A stretch of DNA of 64,000 nucleotides, taken from Turneriellaceae bacterium (lineage in GTDB: Bacteria > Spirochaetota > Leptospiria > Turneriellales > JAOUFE01). The DNA lies in NCBI GenBank assembly GCA_050304475.1, contig JBNLDQ010000031.1:129580-193579 (forward strand), read 5' to 3'. The position numbers and the translations under genes are program-made. Under the pieces are notes generated by a model. That model was not told the DNA's origin, searched no databases, and saw only the letters and a program-made list of their open reading frames with translations. Every line of letters starts with the position of its first letter. Position 1 is the first letter of the stretch. Of the stretch, positions 8,210 through 17,760 are shown one piece after another.

Positions 8210-8956
8210 TCAGTTTGGGTTTTCCGCGGTTTTTCGTTCGCCTTCCAATGTTCGATACAGCAGGTAGGCTGTGAGAAAAAAGATCAATTGAAATGCAATC
8301 ATTGCGGTTAAAAATGCAATACCCATCCTCGGGTCGTACAGCCCGCTTTTTTCATCGCCGCCAATGACCGCGGCAGGGTGCGATGGCGTATTCCAGATGC
8401 GGATTGCCAGGTAAACCAGCGGCACATCGATGAAGGCGACAATCGCCAACACGGCTGAAAACCGCGCGCGTTTATGGGGATCCGGCATCCCGGTTCTCAT
8501 CAATAAGTAACCGGCATAGGCCAGCCAGAGAATAAAAAAACTAATGAGCCGCTGGTCGGACCAGTTCCAGAAATCGCCCCAAATCGGCTTTGCCCAGAGG
8601 GGGCCGGTAATGATCACGCCGGTCGTAAAAACCCAGCCGGCAATGGCGTAGGCGGCGGCCAGCGAGTCATGCCGGAGGTTTCTTTTTCTAAGGTACAACA
8701 CCGAATAGACCAGCGAAATGGCAAAGCCCAGAAAAGAGACCCAAGCCGTGGGCACATGGTAGTAAAAGATTCTCTGGGCCACGCCCTGAGAAACATCCGA
8801 AGGGACCCAGAAGCAAGTCATCCAGGCCAGAACAACCCAACTCGCCCATGTCAGGATAGCCCACCCCTTGATAATCCCCGGTTTTAACGGCTCCGTAACG
8901 GCGCCGCTTTCACTTAAAGCGGTTGACATGCAGACCATTTTTTTTTTGGTTTGCAT
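8210..8956 (-). CDS. ccmC: Heme exporter / cytochrome c maturation protein CcmC
   Basis: 248 aa, multi-TM. It carries IFYYHVPTAW (conserved His) and the Trp-rich WAKPIWGDFWNWSDQRL motif. That is WGxxWxWDxRL as in CcmC, not the WDPKE form of CcsA. An alternative ATG lies at 8938, after an A-run. Confidence 0.85.
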   Translation of the reverse strand: MQTKKKMVCMSTALSESGAVTEPLKPGIIKGWAILTWASWVVLAWMTCFWVPSDVSQGVAQRIFYYHVPTAWVSFLGFAISLVYSVLYLRKRNLRHDSLAAAYAIAGWVFTTGVIITGPLWAKPIWGDFWNWSDQRLISFFILWLAYAGYLLMRTGMPDPHKRARFSAVLAIVAFIDVPLVYLAIRIWNTPSHPAAVIGGDEKSGLYDPRMGIAFLTAMIAFQLIFFLTAYLLYRTLEGERKTAENPN

Positions 8957-9077
8957 AATGACAAGAGTTTAGTCAACTTTTGCCTAAACCGGTCGCCATA
9001 AACCGCATGAAAAAATAATACTTAAACAGCAAAATAGACATTATTAAAAGAAAACAAACTAACTAAAGATAAAACAA

Positions 9078-9827
9078 ATGAGTCAAACCAGTAAAACGAA
9101 TCCGAAAAACGAAAGCAAACCGGCAAAAAAAGAAAACATGCTGATTAATTTGGCATTTAATATAGCTATCCCGGTATTTTTATTAACTAAATTCAGCGCC
9201 CCGGAAAAACTGGGCCCGGTCAATGCCCTGCTGATTGCGTTGTCTTTCCCCATCGCTTACGGAACATATGATCTGATCCGTTCGCGCAAGTGGAATTTTT
9301 TCTCGATTGTCGGAATCGCCAACATCGCCCTTACGGGCGGCTTCTCTTTAATGCAACTGGAAGGATTCTGGTTTGCCGTAAAAGAAGCTTCCGTACCGGC
9401 CTTGTTTGGCGTGGTTACCGTCGTATCGCTGAAAACGCGCTACCCGCTGGTGAAGACCTTTTTGTTAAACCCGGCCGTCATTGACACAGACCTGATTCAC
9501 GAGCACCTCCAGGGCGAAGAACAAAACCGCTCTTTTGAAAAACTATTGGTAAACTCCACTTTAATCTTAGCTCTTTCCTTTGCCATCAGCTCGGTATTGA
9601 ACTTTGTCTTGGCGAGGATTATCCTGCAAAGCCCCGCCGGGACGCCCGCTTTTAACGAAGAGTTGGGGCATATGACTGCCCTGAGTTACCCGGTCATCAT
9701 GCTGCCTTCCATGATCGTACTATTTGTTTCTTTGATTTATCTGGTCCATGGCGTGAAAAAAATCACCGGCCTGGAGCTGCAACAAATCATCCGGACTGAA
9801 GGCGAACCGGCCCCCAAAGCCGAATAA
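9078..9827 (+). CDS. Multi-pass inner-membrane protein, YciB/IspZ-like (tentatively the VC0807-type family)
   Basis: 249 aa with a basic N-terminus and then repeated TM segments (LINLAFNIAIPVFLL, ALLIALSFPIAYGTYDLIRSRKWNFFS, KTRYPLVKTFLLNP). The family name is recalled from memory, not searched. Confidence 0.6.
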   Translation: MSQTSKTNPKNESKPAKKENMLINLAFNIAIPVFLLTKFSAPEKLGPVNALLIALSFPIAYGTYDLIRSRKWNFFSIVGIANIALTGGFSLMQLEGFWFAVKEASVPALFGVVTVVSLKTRYPLVKTFLLNPAVIDTDLIHEHLQGEEQNRSFEKLLVNSTLILALSFAISSVLNFVLARIILQSPAGTPAFNEELGHMTALSYPVIMLPSMIVLFVSLIYLVHGVKKITGLELQQIIRTEGEPAPKAE

Positions 9828-9917
9828 CAGCCAAATCAAACTCCGGAACGTTCCAAAAAGTTCCGATGCGTATTTGTACTCAACTTGACAGGGCGCTTCC
9901 CGGCGGCAATTTGACCG

Positions 9918-10913
9918 ATGGCAGTTTCCTGGAAGGAATCGTTAAACAAGCCCTTTGATTTTCACCAAAACCATATCCCCGACGTCGTCAGTATTTTAAA
10001 CAACAGGCCTTTTAGTTTTTCTGCCGAAATTATACCGCCCCGAAATGGCACCGATTTTCTCGAAGTGTTTCAAAATATTGAAAAGCTGCAAGAAGCCGAT
10101 TTTCAATTTATTTCGGTCACGCATGGGGCCGGGGGCGCATTGCGCGGGGGAACCCTGCCCATTGCATTTCAAAGCCAAAATGTTTTCGGGCTGACGTCCA
10201 TTGCCCACCTGACCTGCCGGGGCACTTCCTCCGAAGAGCTGGAAAACGCTCTCATCGACCACCACTATTTTGGCATCCACAATATCCTTGCGCTTCGCGG
10301 CGACTCGCCCGACGGAATCGGTCAGGGGTTTCAACCGGTGGAAGGCGGCTATTCGTACGCCCATGAACTTGTATCTCTCATCAAAAGGTTAAATGAAGGT
10401 CATTACCAGATTCGCAAAGGATTTGACCAAGAGGGCGATTACCGCCAGGGGATCAAAACACGCTTTTGCATTGGCGTCGCTTGCTACCCCGAAGATCCGG
10501 ACGGGAAAGACATTGCATATTTACAGAAGAAAATCGAATGCGGCGCCCAGTTTGCCGTTACCCAGATGGTCGTTGATTTTGAAATTTTTGAACGCTTTTA
10601 CGAGCGAGTGAGCAACCACTGCCCCCCGGACTTTATTGTCTTGCCCGGCATACGCGTTCCTACATCGTATAGGCAGTTGGAACGGCTTCAAAACAAATTT
10701 GGCGTCACCGTATCGCCGGCTTTAATGCAAGAGATGGAACTGGCTCAAAATGACGCCGCAGCTCAAAAAGAGATCGGTTACCAATGGGCCAGAAATTTCG
10801 TTGAAAAAACCGTCAACCTCGGCGCCCGCGGCATTCATTTTTTCATTATGGGCGACCCATCCGCCGTTATCCGAATGAAAGAAGAGATCGGGGGTGGCCA
10901 TGTCCCTGCCTGA
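9918..10913 (+). CDS. metF: 5,10-methylenetetrahydrofolate reductase
   Basis: FSFSAEIIPPRNG, FISVTHGAGG, SIAHLTCRG and NILALRGDSP blocks are typical of MetF/MTHFR. ATG start. Confidence 0.9.
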   Translation: MAVSWKESLNKPFDFHQNHIPDVVSILNNRPFSFSAEIIPPRNGTDFLEVFQNIEKLQEADFQFISVTHGAGGALRGGTLPIAFQSQNVFGLTSIAHLTCRGTSSEELENALIDHHYFGIHNILALRGDSPDGIGQGFQPVEGGYSYAHELVSLIKRLNEGHYQIRKGFDQEGDYRQGIKTRFCIGVACYPEDPDGKDIAYLQKKIECGAQFAVTQMVVDFEIFERFYERVSNHCPPDFIVLPGIRVPTSYRQLERLQNKFGVTVSPALMQEMELAQNDAAAQKEIGYQWARNFVEKTVNLGARGIHFFIMGDPSAVIRMKEEIGGGHVPA

Positions 10914-11730
10914 GATTTATACGTCGGTCGATGAAATTGATGCGTTAAAACAAAGGGTGATCATGGCGGGCGACCTCGCGAGGAGAATTGGCGAGCGCAC
11001 CACATTCGGGATTTACTTTAAATCGCACGATAACCCGGTCACCGATGCCGACCTTGAATCAAACCGCGTTCTCACCGAGTTTATCCGTACCACCTACCCG
11101 TATGACGCCATTGTATCCGAAGAAGACTATACCGAAAAAACAAAACATTCTTTAGATGAAATCCGCAGAGAAAAACGCAGGGTCTGGTTCATTGACCCCC
11201 TTGACGGAACCAAAGAGTTCATTGCCGAACTGCCCTACTATACCGTTTCCGTCGGCTTAATCGTCGATGGCCGCTCCGAAATCGGTTTTGTCTACTCGCC
11301 CATGCGCAACTTGCTCATCTGGGGCGGAGAAAAATACGGTTACCATAAAAACGAAAAGAAAATCGGAACCAGCAAAAAAAAACCCCAAACATTGGCCGAA
11401 TGTAAAATTGTATTGTCGCAAAACGAAGTGGAAGACGGGCTTTTTAAAAAACTGTTAAAACTGGTGCCCGAAGAAAACATATCGCTGGTAGGCTCAATCG
11501 CGTACAAGCTTGCCTTTACCGCGGCCGGCGAATACGATCTTACCATTTCCATGAGACCGAAAGCCGACTGGGATATGGCCGGGGCCGCCGCGTTTTACCG
11601 TCGAAAAGATCTCGAAATTCTCGACCGTAAATTTAAACCGCTAACCTTTAACAACAAATCCGTCTACAGCAACGGTTTGATTGCCGGCAAAACTTCGGCC
11701 GTTGATTTGTACAAAGAGTTTGCCGGATAA
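10900..11730 (+). CDS. Inositol monophosphatase-family phosphatase (SuhB/CysQ-like)
   Basis: The motifs are VTDADLESN, IVSEEDY and WFIDPLDGTKEF (the IMPase metal-binding motifs). ATG 10900 overlaps the metF stop by 14 nt, and the track start 10894 is a GTG. Confidence 0.8.
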   Translation: MSLPEIYTSVDEIDALKQRVIMAGDLARRIGERTTFGIYFKSHDNPVTDADLESNRVLTEFIRTTYPYDAIVSEEDYTEKTKHSLDEIRREKRRVWFIDPLDGTKEFIAELPYYTVSVGLIVDGRSEIGFVYSPMRNLLIWGGEKYGYHKNEKKIGTSKKKPQTLAECKIVLSQNEVEDGLFKKLLKLVPEENISLVGSIAYKLAFTAAGEYDLTISMRPKADWDMAGAAAFYRRKDLEILDRKFKPLTFNNKSVYSNGLIAGKTSAVDLYKEFAG

Positions 11731-11748
11731 CCCGGTAAACCTCTGATC

Positions 11749-12732
11749 TTATTTTTGTTTATTTTCTTTACTTTCCGGCTCAGGCGCCGTCGTTTCCGGT
11801 TTTGTTTTCCAGCGATTGTGAACCCAGAAATATTCGTGAACGGCTTCTCTGGCGTGTTTTTCCAGTTTATCCGTCCATGATTTTGAAAACTCGTTTTCCC
11901 AGGCGGTTCTGTCTTCTTCGGGAGAAAAGTCCGGTTTTTGAATGGGCTCGAGAAAAATTTCAAGGCGGTTACCGTCATGGCGCGAATAGGCAAAAAATAC
12001 CGGTTTAGTAGTAATTCTGGCTAAAATTGCCGGGCCTAAAAAAGTGGAAGCTGGACGGCCGAAAAAGGGTATAAAGATTCCGTGCTGGCGGGCGTCCTGG
12101 TCGGCGACCATACAAATAATACCTTTTTCTTTCTCGAGAATTTTTTTAAATCGAAAAAAACCTTCGTCGGTATAGACGGTTTCGATGAACTCTTTCTTGC
12201 GCAACCTTGTGACATATTCGGCGACCCAGGGGTTCGACTGCTTGCGGGCTATGGCGTAGACTTGCCAGGGCAGCCAGGAAGCGACTACGGCGCCATGCCA
12301 TTCCCAATTGCCCAGATGGCCTAAAATCACAATGGCCCCATCTTTTAATTGCTCCACCACTTCTTCGCGGGGTGGGTGCGAAACGATATATTTTTCACGG
12401 AAGGCGCCGGTCATTTTACCGACCTGGAGAAATTCCCCAAAAAAACGGCCTAAATGGTCAACCGACGCTGCGGCCATCTCTTCCACCCATTCCTCCGTGT
12501 GGTTCGGGAAGGCGGCGGAAAGGTTGTTGGTAATTCTGCTCTTGAACTTTGGTAAAGCCCGCCCGATAAAGCGAACCAGTTTTTTAGTCATCCGCACGCG
12601 GGGTTCCAGGGGAACCAAGCGAAAAAAAGAGACCAGGCTTCGCAAGAATATGTATTCAACCAGCTTGGCTGTTTTTTTTTGAAACGGCAGCTTCTTTGCT
12701 TTTTTTCTTTTGTTTTTATCGGCCTGGGTCAT
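11749..12732 (-). CDS. LpxL/HtrB-family lipid A (Kdo2-lipid IVA) late acyltransferase
   Basis: HLGNWEWHG (the HxxxxD/E-type LPLAT motif in the LpxL context) and MVADQDARQHGIFIPFFGRPAST are present. ATG at 12732 (MTQADKNKRKK...); the track start 12750 is a TTG. Confidence 0.8.
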   Translation of the reverse strand: MTQADKNKRKKAKKLPFQKKTAKLVEYIFLRSLVSFFRLVPLEPRVRMTKKLVRFIGRALPKFKSRITNNLSAAFPNHTEEWVEEMAAASVDHLGRFFGEFLQVGKMTGAFREKYIVSHPPREEVVEQLKDGAIVILGHLGNWEWHGAVVASWLPWQVYAIARKQSNPWVAEYVTRLRKKEFIETVYTDEGFFRFKKILEKEKGIICMVADQDARQHGIFIPFFGRPASTFLGPAILARITTKPVFFAYSRHDGNRLEIFLEPIQKPDFSPEEDRTAWENEFSKSWTDKLEKHAREAVHEYFWVHNRWKTKPETTAPEPESKENKQK

Positions 12733-12776
12733 TGCTAAAAAATACGCCAATCGGAAAAATGCGCCGTTAGGCGATG

Positions 12777-13781
12777 CTAGTCTTCGGACTCGAATTTAAT
12801 TTCCCGGTGCATGAGCATACCGTATACCGTACCGGGGTCTTTGTCCAGGTATAAGATATGATAGGCCGCTTCGGTGATGGGCATGGAAACGCCCAGCTTT
12901 TGCGCCAGCTCAAACGCGCTTTGCGTTGTGGGAACCCCTTCGGCGACCATGCGCATGCTATCGACAATCCGGGCTATTTTTTCGCCTTTGGCCAGCCGAA
13001 TTCCGACCTGGCGGTTCCGCGAAAGATCGCCCGTGCATGTCAAGACGAGATCGCCTAACCCGGCAAGGCCCATAAAGGTAAGCGGGTCGGCGCCTTTGGC
13101 TTTGCCAAGGCGGGCTATTTCGGCCAGGCCCCGCGTAATCAAAGCGGCCCGCGCATTGCTCCCCATGCCAAGGCCGTCGCTGATCCCGGTGCCAATGGCA
13201 ATGATATTTTTCATCGCCCCGCCCAACTCTACGCCAATGACATCGGTGGTTCCGTACACCCGAAAGTATTTATTGAAAAAGAGCCGCTGGATTTCGCTGA
13301 TCTTGGCTTCGTCGTAGCCGGCAATGGTAATTGCCGTCGGCTTTTTTTCGGCCAGTTCTTTCGCAAAAGAAGGACCCGATAAAAAAAACAAATTTTCCCT
13401 GTACTCTTTACCCATTTGGTCTTCCATGATTTCGCTGACCAGCAAATGGGTTTTTTGTTCAATGCCTTTGGAAGCGACAATGATCGGAGTGTTGTCCGGC
13501 AGGTATTTGCGCGCCTGGCTCCAGACCTCGCGAGTCGCTTGCGTCGGGACAACCGACAAGACGGCATCGGTATCTTTCATGATATCCGCCATATTCTGCG
13601 AAGCCTGAATGGACTCTTGCAGAGCGATACCGGGCAGATAAATTGTGTTTTCGCGTTTGCGTGTGATTGCTTCAACTGTATCGCGGGAGTGGCTCCAGAG
13701 ATGCACTTCATGATCGTTGTGCGCCAGCACCATGGCCAGCGAAGTGCCAAACGAACCGGCCCCAAGCACGGATATTTTCAT
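12777..13781 (-). CDS. gpsA: NAD(P)H-dependent glycerol-3-phosphate dehydrogenase
   Basis: MKISVLGAGSFGTSLAMVLA Rossmann start, SKGIE, GGAMKNIIAIGTG and TCTGDLSRNRQVG match GpsA over the full length. Confidence 0.95.
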   Translation of the reverse strand: MKISVLGAGSFGTSLAMVLAHNDHEVHLWSHSRDTVEAITRKRENTIYLPGIALQESIQASQNMADIMKDTDAVLSVVPTQATREVWSQARKYLPDNTPIIVASKGIEQKTHLLVSEIMEDQMGKEYRENLFFLSGPSFAKELAEKKPTAITIAGYDEAKISEIQRLFFNKYFRVYGTTDVIGVELGGAMKNIIAIGTGISDGLGMGSNARAALITRGLAEIARLGKAKGADPLTFMGLAGLGDLVLTCTGDLSRNRQVGIRLAKGEKIARIVDSMRMVAEGVPTTQSAFELAQKLGVSMPITEAAYHILYLDKDPGTVYGMLMHREIKFESED

Positions 13782-13870
13782 ATAATCAAATTCACGTTCC
13801 CATTTTTAGCTGTAAAGTAGTTTATTCAACGCCACCCGATATTTACCTTGCCCCAAAAGTAAGTCTTAAC

Positions 13871-15070
13871 TTACTGGCCGGCACTAAGTTGCCCTTCGGG
13901 GGAAATCCGAAGTTCATCGCCCGGAAAATCTTCGGCGCATAATGTGCGAATCAATGAAACGGATTTGCCGGAGGTGTCAGGCCCCGGCACACCCGTGGCG
14001 CTAAGCGCAACAGGTAAAATTTTGCCACTAAGAAAAGTCCCGTCTGCCCCAAGCCGCACTTCCAATACCAGCGAGGTGCCCGTATGCTGGCGAATCGAAA
14101 ACACCTTGTACCCCATAAAGTTACCGAGCGAATATGCGATCAAACGCCCCTTGTAAAGTTCCATGGCGCGCGGCACATGCGGACCATGCCCCAGCACCAG
14201 ATCGGCCCCGCGGTCAATCATCGTATGAGCAAATAAAACCGGGTTGCCCCTGTTCTCGCTGTAAAACATTTCGCTTTTGTTTGCGGTATGAATGGCCGAG
14301 TTGCCTTCGGCGCCCATATGTACCGTTACAATGACAATATCAGCCGACTCTTGCGCTTTGGCCACAAGGGCGGCCGACTCCTGCAATCGATGGACAGAGT
14401 TATGGTACGATAAATAGCTATACCCGATAAAAGCAATGCGAAGGCCGTTTTTTTCTATATAATTGATTTCGCCTTTTTTTCCGGTGACAGTCATCCCCGC
14501 ATTTAATATTGCTTGCGCGGTATCGTTAAAGCCGGTCGCAAAAAAATCGTATGAGTGGTTGTTTGCAATGTTCAGCAAATCAAAACCGGCTTTTTGAAAA
14601 TCAATCGCATACGAAGGAGGCGCCCGAAAAGCAAACACCATTTTTCGGCTGGTGTCTTTGCGGGTTTTGGGGTAGTCCGTTAAGGTGCTTTCATAATTGC
14701 CGGCCAGAATATCAGCCCCTTCCAGCAGCGGCTGAACGTCTTTCAACAAGGCGGAAGCCCCGCCCACGGGCAGACGCGAAGCGCTGGGAAAATTTGTCCC
14801 GGGGACCATATCGCCCACCGCCTTGATTGTAATTGTTTTTTGGGCCGGTGTTTCTGCGAGACCGGCTCCCCCCTTGCCGGGAAGCGCATACCACAAAGCG
14901 AAAAATAAAATTCCGGTTGCCTTAAAAAAAACGGAAAAACCGTTTTGGTTTTTATTTTTAAGAGAGGGCAGATGGCGGAATGCCTGATCTCTTGTATTGT
15001 CTTTCTTATCACGTTTTATGTTATATTGATCTTTTAATAGAATATTTTTTTCAGTAGCGCCTTGAGTCAT
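13871..15070 (-). CDS. CapA/PGA_cap-family metallophosphatase-like protein
   Basis: IKAVGDM, GNYES, LNIANNHSYDF, VTVHMGAEG, LVLGHGPHV and AYSLGNF are the CapA-family blocks. It has an N-terminal signal/anchor. No capB or capC is adjacent. Confidence 0.8.
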   Translation of the reverse strand: MTQGATEKNILLKDQYNIKRDKKDNTRDQAFRHLPSLKNKNQNGFSVFFKATGILFFALWYALPGKGGAGLAETPAQKTITIKAVGDMVPGTNFPSASRLPVGGASALLKDVQPLLEGADILAGNYESTLTDYPKTRKDTSRKMVFAFRAPPSYAIDFQKAGFDLLNIANNHSYDFFATGFNDTAQAILNAGMTVTGKKGEINYIEKNGLRIAFIGYSYLSYHNSVHRLQESAALVAKAQESADIVIVTVHMGAEGNSAIHTANKSEMFYSENRGNPVLFAHTMIDRGADLVLGHGPHVPRAMELYKGRLIAYSLGNFMGYKVFSIRQHTGTSLVLEVRLGADGTFLSGKILPVALSATGVPGPDTSGKSVSLIRTLCAEDFPGDELRISPEGQLSAGQ

Positions 15071-15208
15071 CTTTGTTTAATCCTTCTTCTTTCGTATTTG
15101 ATCGCCGGGTTCAATTCTTGCCGCCGCGTTGTACCGTATATTGAATTGCGGTTTTTCGTTTTATTTTTGCTTCATTTTAGTTTCTTTTTGTTGTTTTTCG
15201 TCTTACTT

Positions 15209-15817
15209 TTATTGCCGGTATCTTGCGGCGCCAAACTCAAGGTCGGTCAGCCAATGACCGACTCTCCGGTCATGTTTTTCGTGGGGTAAGGCCGGCATCT
15301 TTTGCCAATGATAGGCAATCATGAGAGATTGCTTTCGCGGGTAATGCGCCAGCACACGATCATAGTAACCTTTGCCGCGCCCCAGGCGAAACCCCTCTTC
15401 GGTAAAGAGTAACCCGGGCACAATGATCAAGTTCATACCGCTAAGGGGTTCTTCTACGGTTTTGCCGGTCTCATGCGAGGTTCGCCTGGCCCGCAAACGG
15501 GTACCGGCGATTTCAGGGTAAAATAAAGTAAAGCCAAAGCCTTCCACAATCCGCTCTACCGGCGGTTCGTCCCGGAACGGGCGGTAGATCATGACCTTGG
15601 GGGCGTTTTGATAACGCCCGCGCAAATGGTCCCGGCGAAACGGCAAAGAGAGCAACGCTGAATATTGGCGCAACCACCGGGCAAATTGCCGCTTGAGAGC
15701 CCGGTTGGCCTGTTCCCGTTCTTGCGGTTGAAATTGTTCGGCTCTTTCGCGGTAAAGCTTTCTTAGCTTCGCTTTTCGTTGATCTTTTTTATTCTTCTCG
15801 TTCATTTCAATGCACAT
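15209..15817 (-). CDS. 5-formyltetrahydrofolate cyclo-ligase
   Basis: The C-terminal LIIVPGLLFTEEGFRLGRGKGYYDR block is characteristic of MTHFS. The start is ambiguous between ATG 15817 and ATG 15805. Confidence 0.8.
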   Translation of the reverse strand: MCIEMNEKNKKDQRKAKLRKLYRERAEQFQPQEREQANRALKRQFARWLRQYSALLSLPFRRDHLRGRYQNAPKVMIYRPFRDEPPVERIVEGFGFTLFYPEIAGTRLRARRTSHETGKTVEEPLSGMNLIIVPGLLFTEEGFRLGRGKGYYDRVLAHYPRKQSLMIAYHWQKMPALPHEKHDRRVGHWLTDLEFGAARYRQ

Positions 15818-15963
15818 GTCGTTTAGCTGCGTCTACCGGGTTGCCGGTTCCGGTAGCGTAAAACCCGTTCTTTTTTCAATATTCCGGAATATCTTGCATT
15901 AACCGGTTGAAAATTTAATTTCCGGGCCGTCTGATTCGATACTATCTATATCCGGCTATTCTT

Positions 15964-17016
15964 ATGATACGCTTTCGTTCTTTTTTACTGGTACTTTCGG
16001 TTTCCTTTACGTTCGCCTGGCCATTGCTTTCGACCTCCGCCAATTCGACACCCGGGGAAAAACCCCGCAAAGAATGGATCTCTACCGGCGCGGGGACTTA
16101 TGTTTCTACGCCAACAGATTTTACCCCGCCCCCGCCCGTCGACCGTGAGTTTCACACGGATCATTTTACGGTAAAACTCTACGCGCGGGCTTTCTCTGCC
16201 GGCGAAGCTGTCTATATGGAGGTATTACCGGGAACCAGAAAAACAAACCTGCGTCAAGTGAGTTTCAAGGTAAACGGAAAAGAGGTTTTGCTTTCAAAGC
16301 GCAGCTGGGGCTACCGCGGTTTTTTCGGACTCCACCCCGATTTTTCCGGCGGCCAGGTCAATATTGAGTATGACATTCATACCGAAGGAAAGCAAGTGAA
16401 CGGCGCTTTTGTCTTAAAGCTGCAACCCAAAAAATTTCCGGTCAGCACAACCCCCATGAATGTGGGCAAATATTCGGATAAAAGCGAAGCAAACCGAAAA
16501 GATACCATTGACTTTATCAACCGGTCGCGCAAGAAGAAAGAGGCTGTCTTCGCCCGCAGAAGTTCCAATGCCATTGGCAACAAGTGGTCTCACCCGCGCA
16601 ACTACCACTACATTACTTCCGAGTTTTGGGCCAAACGCGTCTACGCCCGCTATGAAATTGTCAACGGACAAAAGAAAAAACTGCAGCCGAAAGTATCTAT
16701 CCACCGCGGTCTCGATTTCCGCGCCCGCCCCGGCGAGCCTGTTTACGCCATGGCCGACGGTAAGGTGGTTTTAGCCGAAGAGCTTTACTATGAAGGCAAT
16801 TGCGTTTTTATCGATCACGGCAACGGGATTATCTCTTCGTACTTTCACCTGAGCGACATTCGCGTTGGCAAGTTCCAGCGTGTGTATGCGGGGCAACTCA
16901 TTGGCCTTGGCGGCTCAACCGGGGTCGCCACCGCAGCCCATTTGCATGTCGCTTTTTATATAAACGGAACGCCCGTCGACCCGTTAAGCCTGCTTTCACT
17001 GCCGGTCCGATATTGA
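15964..17016 (+). CDS. M23-family (LytM-type) metallopeptidase, secreted
   Basis: Signal peptide present. HRGLDFRA...DHGNGIISSYFHLS...GSTGVATAAHLHVAF gives the HxxxD and HxH zinc motifs. Confidence 0.9.
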   Translation: MIRFRSFLLVLSVSFTFAWPLLSTSANSTPGEKPRKEWISTGAGTYVSTPTDFTPPPPVDREFHTDHFTVKLYARAFSAGEAVYMEVLPGTRKTNLRQVSFKVNGKEVLLSKRSWGYRGFFGLHPDFSGGQVNIEYDIHTEGKQVNGAFVLKLQPKKFPVSTTPMNVGKYSDKSEANRKDTIDFINRSRKKKEAVFARRSSNAIGNKWSHPRNYHYITSEFWAKRVYARYEIVNGQKKKLQPKVSIHRGLDFRARPGEPVYAMADGKVVLAEELYYEGNCVFIDHGNGIISSYFHLSDIRVGKFQRVYAGQLIGLGGSTGVATAAHLHVAFYINGTPVDPLSLLSLPVRY

Positions 17017-17141
17017 TCCGGTTTGCCGGTATTTGGCTGCATGATTAAGTAAAACGGGGGGCGCCACCCGGTAAACGGCTTGACAGACAAAAGCAACTGA
17101 GATACATGCTAGTAATAACATATTTTTTTTCCGGGAATACT

Positions 17142-17711
17142 ATGCCAAAACAAGAGCGCGACCCCATTCGATCCGTTTATAAAAAACCGAAAACGACAAA
17201 AAGGCCAAACGGACTTTTGGCGAAAGCGCGGAAATTTCTTGAATTCAAAGAACTGAAAGAGTTCAAGGAACGTTTTAGAAACCGCCAAGAATTGGCGAAC
17301 GGGGCGGCGGACGACCCCGATCAAATGACGCTCCGGGAGTCTCTCAAAGAAGACGGGCTCATGGCAAAAGCGGTTTCCGTTCTTTTGTTTGTTTTTCTCT
17401 GGGTTGCGATTTTGCTTTCAATGATGCCTTTGGTTGGCTGGTGGGGCGGCGTTTGCGGCCTTTTGTTTCTGGCCTTTCAATTCGGGTGGAAATACATAAA
17501 GCATACCGGCTCCGCCCGTTTTTATACGCCGGCGAGAAAAAAAGCCCTGCGCCTTGCTCTCTGGGCTGTTTTGTTTGGCATTGTCGCCCAAGGCAGCTGC
17601 ATGATCCATTCGGAGCGCCTGATTTCTCAATTTAATCGCGAAGCTGCGCAAGAAAAAGCGGTCATATTTAAGGCATCTTTTAAGGACTCCGGCGCCCATG
17701 CCGATAAATAG
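17142..17711 (+). CDS. Hypothetical membrane protein
   Basis: It has a basic N-terminus, two adjacent TM segments (AVSVLLFVFLWVAILLSMMPLVGWWGGVCGLLFLAF) and a third (LALWAVLFGIVAQGS). I recognise no family. ATG 17142 is preferred over 17106 because a TTGACA hexamer at 17080 would place the transcription start past 17106. Confidence 0.5.
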   Translation: MPKQERDPIRSVYKKPKTTKRPNGLLAKARKFLEFKELKEFKERFRNRQELANGAADDPDQMTLRESLKEDGLMAKAVSVLLFVFLWVAILLSMMPLVGWWGGVCGLLFLAFQFGWKYIKHTGSARFYTPARKKALRLALWAVLFGIVAQGSCMIHSERLISQFNREAAQEKAVIFKASFKDSGAHADK

Positions 17712-17760
17712 GAAAAAACAAAACGCTGAACCAAATCTTTAAACAAGCATTCAAACAAAA

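Noticed and set aside
8938-8947. T10 (A10 on the gene strand) homopolymer at the 5' end of ccmC as a possible slipped-strand switch
   Set aside because: It encodes KKK between two in-frame ATGs (8956 and 8938). If the downstream ATG is the real start, the run is non-coding. There is no evidence for variation from a single sequence.
12858-13820. Plus-strand ORFs 12874-13317 (147 aa), 13324-13608 and 13416-13820 (134 aa)
   Set aside because: They are antisense to gpsA, which matches its family over the full length. Their sequences are Arg/Ser/Pro-rich shadow sequence.
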